Shown here: positions 26,853 to 32,000 of the stretch, one piece after another
Numbering within the stretch: the stretch's first letter is position 1
Layout of the letters: every line of letters begins with the position of its first letter
DNA from: Gemmata obscuriglobus
Lineage (GTDB): Bacteria; Planctomycetota; Planctomycetia; Gemmatales; Gemmataceae
Direction: 5' to 3'
Assembly: GCF_008065095.1 (NCBI RefSeq)
Contig: NZ_CP042911.1
Span: forward strand, 90,001-122,000
Length of the DNA: 32,000 bases
The notes under the pieces: generated by a model
Told to the model about the DNA's origin: nothing
Databases searched by the model: none
The model's input: the letters and a program-made list of their open reading frames with translations, nothing else
Position numbers and translations under genes: made by a program

Positions 26853-27620
26853 ATGAGCCTGGCCATAGAGACCCATCGACTGGCCCGTGACTTCGGCGAT
26901 TTTCGTGCCGTGGACGGCCTCGACTTGCGGGTGGAAGGCGGAACCTTCTACGGGTTCCTGGGACCGAACGGCGCCGGTAAGTCGACGACCATCAAGATGC
27001 TCACCGGTTTGCTCGCCCCGAGCGCGGGCTCCGTGCGCGTGCTCGGCCGGGACATGAGTGACCACGTGCAGGCGCTCGACGCGCGGCGGCACATCGGGGT
27101 GATCGCCGAGAACCTGTCCCTGTTCGACAACCTGACCGCCCGCGAGTACCTGACGTTCGTCGGCCGGATGCACCTGATGCCCCGGGCCACGGTCCGCGCC
27201 CGGGCCGACGAACTGCTCGACCTGCTGGGGCTGGCCGACGAGGGGACGAAGCTCTCCCTTGAATACTCGCACGGGATGAAGAAGAAGCTCGCGCTGGCCG
27301 CGGCACTGCTGCCGAACCCGGACCTGCTGTTCCTGGACGAACCGTTCGAGGGGGTGGACGCGATCACCTCTCGGGTGATCCGCGACTTACTGGCCGGGTT
27401 CGTGGCCCGCGGCTCGACGGTGTTCCTGACCTCGCACGTTCTGGAGATCGTGGAGCGGCTCTGCACGCACGTGGGGATCATTGCGGGCGGTCGGCTGGTC
27501 GAGCAGGCGTCTTTGGAGTTGATCCGCCAGGGCGACACGCTGGAGAACCGGTTCATCCAACTGGCCGGTGCGGACGCGGTTGCGGCGCCGAAACTCGCCT
27601 GGCTGGAGGTTGCCCAGTGA
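26853..27620 (+). CDS. ABC transporter ATP-binding protein, 255 aa
   Basis: Walker A GPNGAGKST, signature YSHGMKKKL, Walker B LLFLDEP and H-loop TSHVL. Confidence 0.9.
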   Translation: MSLAIETHRLARDFGDFRAVDGLDLRVEGGTFYGFLGPNGAGKSTTIKMLTGLLAPSAGSVRVLGRDMSDHVQALDARRHIGVIAENLSLFDNLTAREYLTFVGRMHLMPRATVRARADELLDLLGLADEGTKLSLEYSHGMKKKLALAAALLPNPDLLFLDEPFEGVDAITSRVIRDLLAGFVARGSTVFLTSHVLEIVERLCTHVGIIAGGRLVEQASLELIRQGDTLENRFIQLAGADAVAAPKLAWLEVAQ

Positions 27621-29413
27621 ACACCGAGCAGTTTCGCGCGTTCCTGTGGCTCCGCTGGCGGCTGCGGGTGAACCAGTTCCGGAAGGCCGGCCCGATCAAC
27701 CTGGTCATCTTCTTCGTGTTCGCGGCGCTTGCGCTGTGCGCCGCGCTCGGTCTGTTCGTGGCCGGGTTTTTCGTCGGGTTTCAGACGCTGCCTTCTGCGT
27801 CCCCGGCGGTGCGGTTGGTCGTGTGGGCCGGGGCGGGGGCCGTTTTCCTGTTCTTCTGGGTGATCGGCCTTCTGAGTGACCTCCAGCGCGCCGAAGGGGT
27901 GGTGCTCGACCGGGTGCTCCACCTGCCGGTGTCCCCGGCCGGAGCCTTCCTGATCAACTACCTTAGCTCACTGTTCAGCGTAAACCTGGTCGTGTTCGTG
28001 CCCGGTATGGTCGGGCTGATCCTCGGTCAGGTGTGCGCCGGGTCACTGGCCGCGCTGCTGGCGTTGCCACTGCTCGCCGCGTTCGTCCTGGCGGTGACGG
28101 CGGTCACGTACCAGTTTCAGGGCTGGCTCGCGGCGCTGATGGTGAACCCGCGCCGGCGGCGGACGATCGTCATGGCCCTGACCGCCGGGTTTATCATGCT
28201 GGCTCAAGTGCCGAACATGCTGAACGTGACGCGCCCCTGGGCCGATCGAACTGGGGCCGCGGATCAGCGGAACCAGCCTCAGCCCAAGCCCGATCTGACG
28301 CCGGAAGAACGAGCGCAGTGGGAGGTTGAACAGAAACAGAAGCGTGACGAAAAGAGGCGCGAGTCGCGGGACCGCACGGCCGGCGTGGTTCGGACCGTTT
28401 GCACCGTGTTCCCGCCGGGTTGGCTGGCACTCGGGGCGGCGGATCTCGGTCACGGTGCCGTGGCGCCGGCCCTTCTTGGGACGGCCGGGTTAGGGCTGAT
28501 TGGGGGCGTGAGCCTGCGACGCGCGTACCGGACAACGCTCCGGCTCTACACGGGAGCGTTCACCGGATCGCGGCGGACGGAGGTGGCCCGGCCGGCGCCC
28601 GCCGACCCAAACCGGCTGCGGCTGACGGAGTGGCGGTTCCCGTGGGTTTCCGAGCACGCATCGGCGGTCGCCACCGCGGCGTTCCGGGGGCTGCTGCGGG
28701 CGCCCGAGGTGAAGATGGCCATTCTGACGCCGCTGATCCTGTTGTGTGTATCGCTCGGCGGCGCGATGAGTTCTCGGGCGGTGGTGCCGAGCGAGTACCG
28801 CCCGCTGCTGGTCCTCGGGGGCGGGGTGCTGGTGCTGGTGCTGTGCGGGCTCCAACTCGTGGGAAACCAGTTCGGTTACGACCGCGCCGGGTTCCGGGCG
28901 TACGTGCTGTCCCCCGCTCCGCGGCGCGAGATCCTGTTGGGCAAGAACCTGGCCGTCGCTCCGATCGGGTTGGGGCTGAGCGGGGTGATGGTGGCGATCG
29001 TCGGGGCCGTCTACCCGATGCGGGCGGACCATTACCCGGCGGTCTTCGCCCAGTTGGTCGCCGCGTACCTTCTGTTCTGTCTCCTGGCGAACGCGCAATC
29101 CATCCTGGCCCCGTTTCCGATGGCGGCGGGGACGCTCCAGCCGACGCGGGTCAAGTTCGGGCCGGTTCTGCTCCAACTGGTGCTGATGTCGGTGCTCCCG
29201 CTGGTACTGCTGCCGGTGCTGGTGCCGCTCGCGGCCGAAGTGCTGTTGGCCGAACTGGCCGACGTGCGCGGGTACCCGGTGTCGCTGCTCCTGTCGCTCT
29301 TCGTTCTGGCCGTGACGGGGCTCGTCTACCGGGTTGTGTTGTCGTGGGAGGGGCACTGGCTCGCGACGCGGGAGCGGGCGATTCTGGCTGTGGTAACCGA
29401 CACGGGCGCGTGA
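27617..29413 (+). CDS. Putative ABC-exporter permease (large polytopic membrane protein), 598 aa
   Basis: GTG 27617 overlaps the ATPase stop (GTGA). N-terminal FRAFLWLRWRLRVNQFRK and more than 10 hydrophobic segments, with a charged central loop. Confidence 0.75.
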   Translation: MNTEQFRAFLWLRWRLRVNQFRKAGPINLVIFFVFAALALCAALGLFVAGFFVGFQTLPSASPAVRLVVWAGAGAVFLFFWVIGLLSDLQRAEGVVLDRVLHLPVSPAGAFLINYLSSLFSVNLVVFVPGMVGLILGQVCAGSLAALLALPLLAAFVLAVTAVTYQFQGWLAALMVNPRRRRTIVMALTAGFIMLAQVPNMLNVTRPWADRTGAADQRNQPQPKPDLTPEERAQWEVEQKQKRDEKRRESRDRTAGVVRTVCTVFPPGWLALGAADLGHGAVAPALLGTAGLGLIGGVSLRRAYRTTLRLYTGAFTGSRRTEVARPAPADPNRLRLTEWRFPWVSEHASAVATAAFRGLLRAPEVKMAILTPLILLCVSLGGAMSSRAVVPSEYRPLLVLGGGVLVLVLCGLQLVGNQFGYDRAGFRAYVLSPAPRREILLGKNLAVAPIGLGLSGVMVAIVGAVYPMRADHYPAVFAQLVAAYLLFCLLANAQSILAPFPMAAGTLQPTRVKFGPVLLQLVLMSVLPLVLLPVLVPLAAEVLLAELADVRGYPVSLLLSLFVLAVTGLVYRVVLSWEGHWLATRERAILAVVTDTGA

Positions 29414-29555
29414 ACCTCGCTCGGTTCGTCCTCGGCCAGAATGGCCCTTCCCGTCTTTTGTTGGTTCCGCTAGCTGTGCGGCTGTGAGCCTTGAACTGGT
29501 GCCGTCCCGCCGTCGTCTCGTTTCCGCACCTCCGCCATCGGTCACAATCTCCCAT

Positions 29556-29590
29556 GTTCAGCCCCGGGCTGCGTGCCGCCCGGGCTGAAC
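29556..29590 (+). terminator. Imperfect hairpin (gttcagccccgggc / gcccgggctgaac) about 140 nt downstream of the permease gene
   Basis: A 13-bp stem with one bulged C. It is followed by an AT-rich stretch at 29630-29710. Confidence 0.3.
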
Positions 29591-29825
29591 ACGTCCTCAA
29601 GCACGGTGCTGCAACGGCTTGCTATTACACGTGTGCGTTTTTAGATTCGAGAAAATCGTTGATTTGTGCGATGTGATAGGGTATGTCACTTGATAATGGA
29701 TGATAATCGCACGGCGGCTAAAGCTATGGCCGGTAACTGACGGCGGTGGGCCGTTCGACCGCTGTCGTTGACGGCCCCGCTGCATCTACCAGCAAGGTCA
29801 CAACTCATTCGAGTCGAGCAGCGGC

Positions 29826-30764
29826 ATGAAACGACACTGGTTTTTACTTGCTCTCGTATTCGGTTGTGCTCAGGGTGCCACCGCTGGCGAAGTCGAGGAC
29901 CTGCTCACCCGCGTTCGGGCCGGGCAAGCGGAGTTACGCAATTGGGAGTTGGAAATCCCGGCGGTCCAAGCCGAACGCGAGTTTACTATCCGCGGGAAGA
30001 CCGATAAGAGCACGTTCGCCACTTTTCACCATGAGCGCTCCACCCTTGTGGCATTAGGAACACGCCGATACTGCCTGACCCCGAACGAGGCATTCGTTGT
30101 CGAAAAGACGCCGGCCTCCGGCCAATACGCCCTCGTCTTCCAAAGCGCAAACAAGCCGGAGGAGCTTTTTCACACGACTGCCGGCAAAAGTCACCTGTTG
30201 TTCCGTCCGCTCACTGCTGCCGTTCAATCGAGCACCGTACTGGGCGTCCTCGACCGCGCGGGGTTCAAGGCGGAGTCGGTCACTCGCGGCGAGGCTGGCC
30301 TGGTAACGCTCCGCTACTCTCGTCCCCTCCCCGGTCAAGGGGAGGGTGGGGTTGATCGGGGGGCGCTGACGTTTTCGACAGACAACCACTACCTGCTCAC
30401 CCGATTTGAGTACGAGTTGATTACGAAGGCGGGGGATACGTCGTCGCTCTACCGCGGTGTGGTGACTCGGAAGTTCACCTCCCGAAATGGGCGACCCGTT
30501 GTGACGGAAGTGAGTCAGGTGCTCTCCTCAACTCCCGCCGCCACGAGCGACAACACGACCAAGGTTCGGTACACGTACCCCGCACAAGGCGCCTCCCCGG
30601 ACGAGTTTCGGCTGGAGCATTACTTGCCTCCGCCGCCGGTTCTCGACGTTTACAAAGACCGCCCCCCGTTCAACTGGCGCTTGTGGGGCGGAATCGGCGT
30701 GTCCTGCATCGCTCTTTCCGTCCTTCTGACGTGGTGGGTTCGTCGCAAACGGTCGCAAGCGTAA
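29826..30764 (+). CDS. Hypothetical exported protein with N-terminal signal (possible lipobox) and a C-terminal membrane anchor, 312 aa
   Basis: [21 protein letters not shown] at the N-terminus and [29 protein letters not shown] at the C-terminus. GC is lower than in the flanking genes. Confidence 0.65.
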   Translation: MKRHWFLLALVFGCAQGATAGEVEDLLTRVRAGQAELRNWELEIPAVQAEREFTIRGKTDKSTFATFHHERSTLVALGTRRYCLTPNEAFVVEKTPASGQYALVFQSANKPEELFHTTAGKSHLLFRPLTAAVQSSTVLGVLDRAGFKAESVTRGEAGLVTLRYSRPLPGQGEGGVDRGALTFSTDNHYLLTRFEYELITKAGDTSSLYRGVVTRKFTSRNGRPVVTEVSQVLSSTPAATSDNTTKVRYTYPAQGASPDEFRLEHYLPPPPVLDVYKDRPPFNWRLWGGIGVSCIALSVLLTWWVRRKRSQA

Positions 30765-30775
30765 GGGGGGGGGCC

Positions 30776-31669
30776 ATGCGCAAACGCTCCGCATTCACGC
30801 TGATTGAGATCCTGGTGGTGATCGCCATCATCGCCGTCCTCATCGGCCTCCTGCTCCCGGCGGTGCAGAAGGTGCGCGGCGCGGCGGCCCGGACACAATG
30901 TGCTAACAACCTCAAGCAGATCGCTATTGCCTGCCACAACTACGAATCGGCCCGTGGCGCGTTGCCCCCCGGTGACATCCCGCCCCCCGACCCGTTGTAC
31001 TTCCTGAACGCGCACGTCGCGCTGCTCCCCTACCTCGAGCAGGACGCGGTGTACCGGCAAGCGCAAGCCGACTGTGCGAGCATGCCCATCACCCACCTCG
31101 CCCCGCCGCACGTCGGGCTGCGGACGCTGGTGAAAGCCTATCAATGCCCGGCGGACGATCGGCAGGGGTGGCTGCACCGCACACCAAACGGTGTTGTCGT
31201 GGCCCTCACCGGCTACCTCGGCGTTTCCGGTGTCGGCGACGAGAAAAGCCCGTCGGGGGTGATTTACAGCGGGTCGAGTACGCGCATCACCGACGTGACC
31301 GACGGCACGACCAACACGCTGCTCTTCGGCGAGCGCCCGCCAACGCCGGACTACTTGTGCGGTTGGTGGTACATGGGTTACGCACACACCGCGAGTGAGG
31401 CCTTCCTCCCCGTGCAGGCGTTGCGTGGCGAACCTGAAGTGAGCTCACTCGGAGCGGCGTACCGGTCCTGCGGTCCCGGCCCGTATTCGTTCACGGATGG
31501 CGACCTGACGAGCGTTTGCCACGCCTACCACTTCTGGAGCCGACACTCGGGCGGGGCACACTTTGCGTTCTGCGACGGGTCCGTGAAGTTCGTCCGGTAC
31601 GAGGCCGACGCGATCCTGTCGGCTCTCGCCACGCGGTCCGGGGGAGAGACCGTCTCTGCTCCGGATTGA
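30776..31669 (+). CDS. DUF1559 / H-X9-DG protein with prepilin-type N-terminal motif, 297 aa
   Basis: [56 protein letters not shown] at the N-terminus and [12 protein letters not shown] (H-X9-DG) near the C-terminus. Confidence 0.9.
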   Translation: MRKRSAFTLIEILVVIAIIAVLIGLLLPAVQKVRGAAARTQCANNLKQIAIACHNYESARGALPPGDIPPPDPLYFLNAHVALLPYLEQDAVYRQAQADCASMPITHLAPPHVGLRTLVKAYQCPADDRQGWLHRTPNGVVVALTGYLGVSGVGDEKSPSGVIYSGSSTRITDVTDGTTNTLLFGERPPTPDYLCGWWYMGYAHTASEAFLPVQALRGEPEVSSLGAAYRSCGPGPYSFTDGDLTSVCHAYHFWSRHSGGAHFAFCDGSVKFVRYEADAILSALATRSGGETVSAPD

Positions 31670-31785
31670 CTACCGTTCGGTGTGTGGCAGTGATGGAGTG
31701 GCTCTTGCATTGAGCTGGTTCGGCGGTGGTGCCGCGTACCCCGCTCCCTGGCGGTCTCGTCAGAACGCGGTACCATCACCGGGCA

Positions 31786-32000
31786 CTACTTCTTCTCGCC
31801 GCTCTTCGGTTCCGCGTCGGGCGGCAGGGCGGCTTTCAGCAGCGTGCCGTTCTTGCCGTTGTACACGCGAACGGTGCCGTCCTCGCACCCGCTCACGACC
31901 ACCTCGCCATCGGGGCTCGCGCTGACCGCGTACACGAAGTCGCTGGCCCCCGGGAACGATCGCACGTTGCCGCCGTTGTCCGCGTTCCACATGCGGACGC
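31786..32000 (-). CDS. WD40-repeat protein, C-terminal end only (5' part outside the window)
   Basis: ...VRMWNADNGGNVRSFPGASDFVYAVSASPDGEVVVSGCEDGTVRVYN shows a WD-repeat pattern. The frame stays open to the window edge. Confidence 0.6.
   Translation of the reverse strand, partial: VRMWNADNGGNVRSFPGASDFVYAVSASPDGEVVVSGCEDGTVRVYNGKNGTLLKAALPPDAEPKSGEKK

Noticed and set aside
29630-29710. Sigma-70-like promoter in the AT-rich stretch (ttgatt, tgataat twice) upstream of the 29826 gene
   Set aside because: The hexamer spacings do not fit 16-18 bp for any pair I tried, and planctomycetal promoter consensus is poorly known. I left it as an unassigned AT-rich region.

Overview
High-GC chromosomal segment that looks planctomycetal, possibly Gemmataceae-like. 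This is inferred from two DUF1559/H-X9-DG prepilin-type proteins, a WD40 fragment, an ECF sigma module and long spurious antisense ORFs. I had no tools, so every family call rests on motifs read by eye and no database was searched.

Layout:
- Left edge: a partial ISKra4-type transposase that runs off the window, then a complete 1.2-kb ISAs1-family element with 18-bp inverted repeats and a 10-bp flanking duplication.
- Housekeeping genes: queA, an SDR oxidoreductase, a GT4 glycosyltransferase, trpG/pabA, a sugar-phosphate isomerase, a Zn-ribbon NUDIX hydrolase, and the sucA-sucB-lpdA operon (minus strand, 20.66-26.51 kb).
- Envelope genes: secreted proteins, a 610-aa polytopic membrane protein, a beta-barrel outer-membrane protein, two DUF1559 proteins each next to a lipid- or membrane-anchored protein, and an ABC exporter pair.
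- A four-gene ECF sigma module at 16.4-19.1 kb.

Best candidate for something undescribed: a visibly lower-GC islet at 5.15-6.74 kb. It holds a DUF4365-type PD-(D/E)XK nuclease gene (apparently frameshifted) whose stop overlaps the start of a 77-aa ORF that I predict by eye to have a HicA-like fold. A compact AlkB dioxygenase and a small basic ORF follow on the same strand.

Non-coding structure is rich:
- a 17-bp tandem repeat sitting on a stop codon
- a 101-bp palindrome that nearly fills the sucB-lpdA spacer
- a 34-bp inverted-repeat pair with self-palindromic cores
- a 23-bp REP-like inverted repeat with a solo half-copy elsewhere in the window
- a related palindrome embedded in frame inside a CDS
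- a G9 tract at a ribosome-binding position
- a decayed IS3-type transposase relic in a 630-bp gap

No rRNA, tRNA or CRISPR array was recognised.
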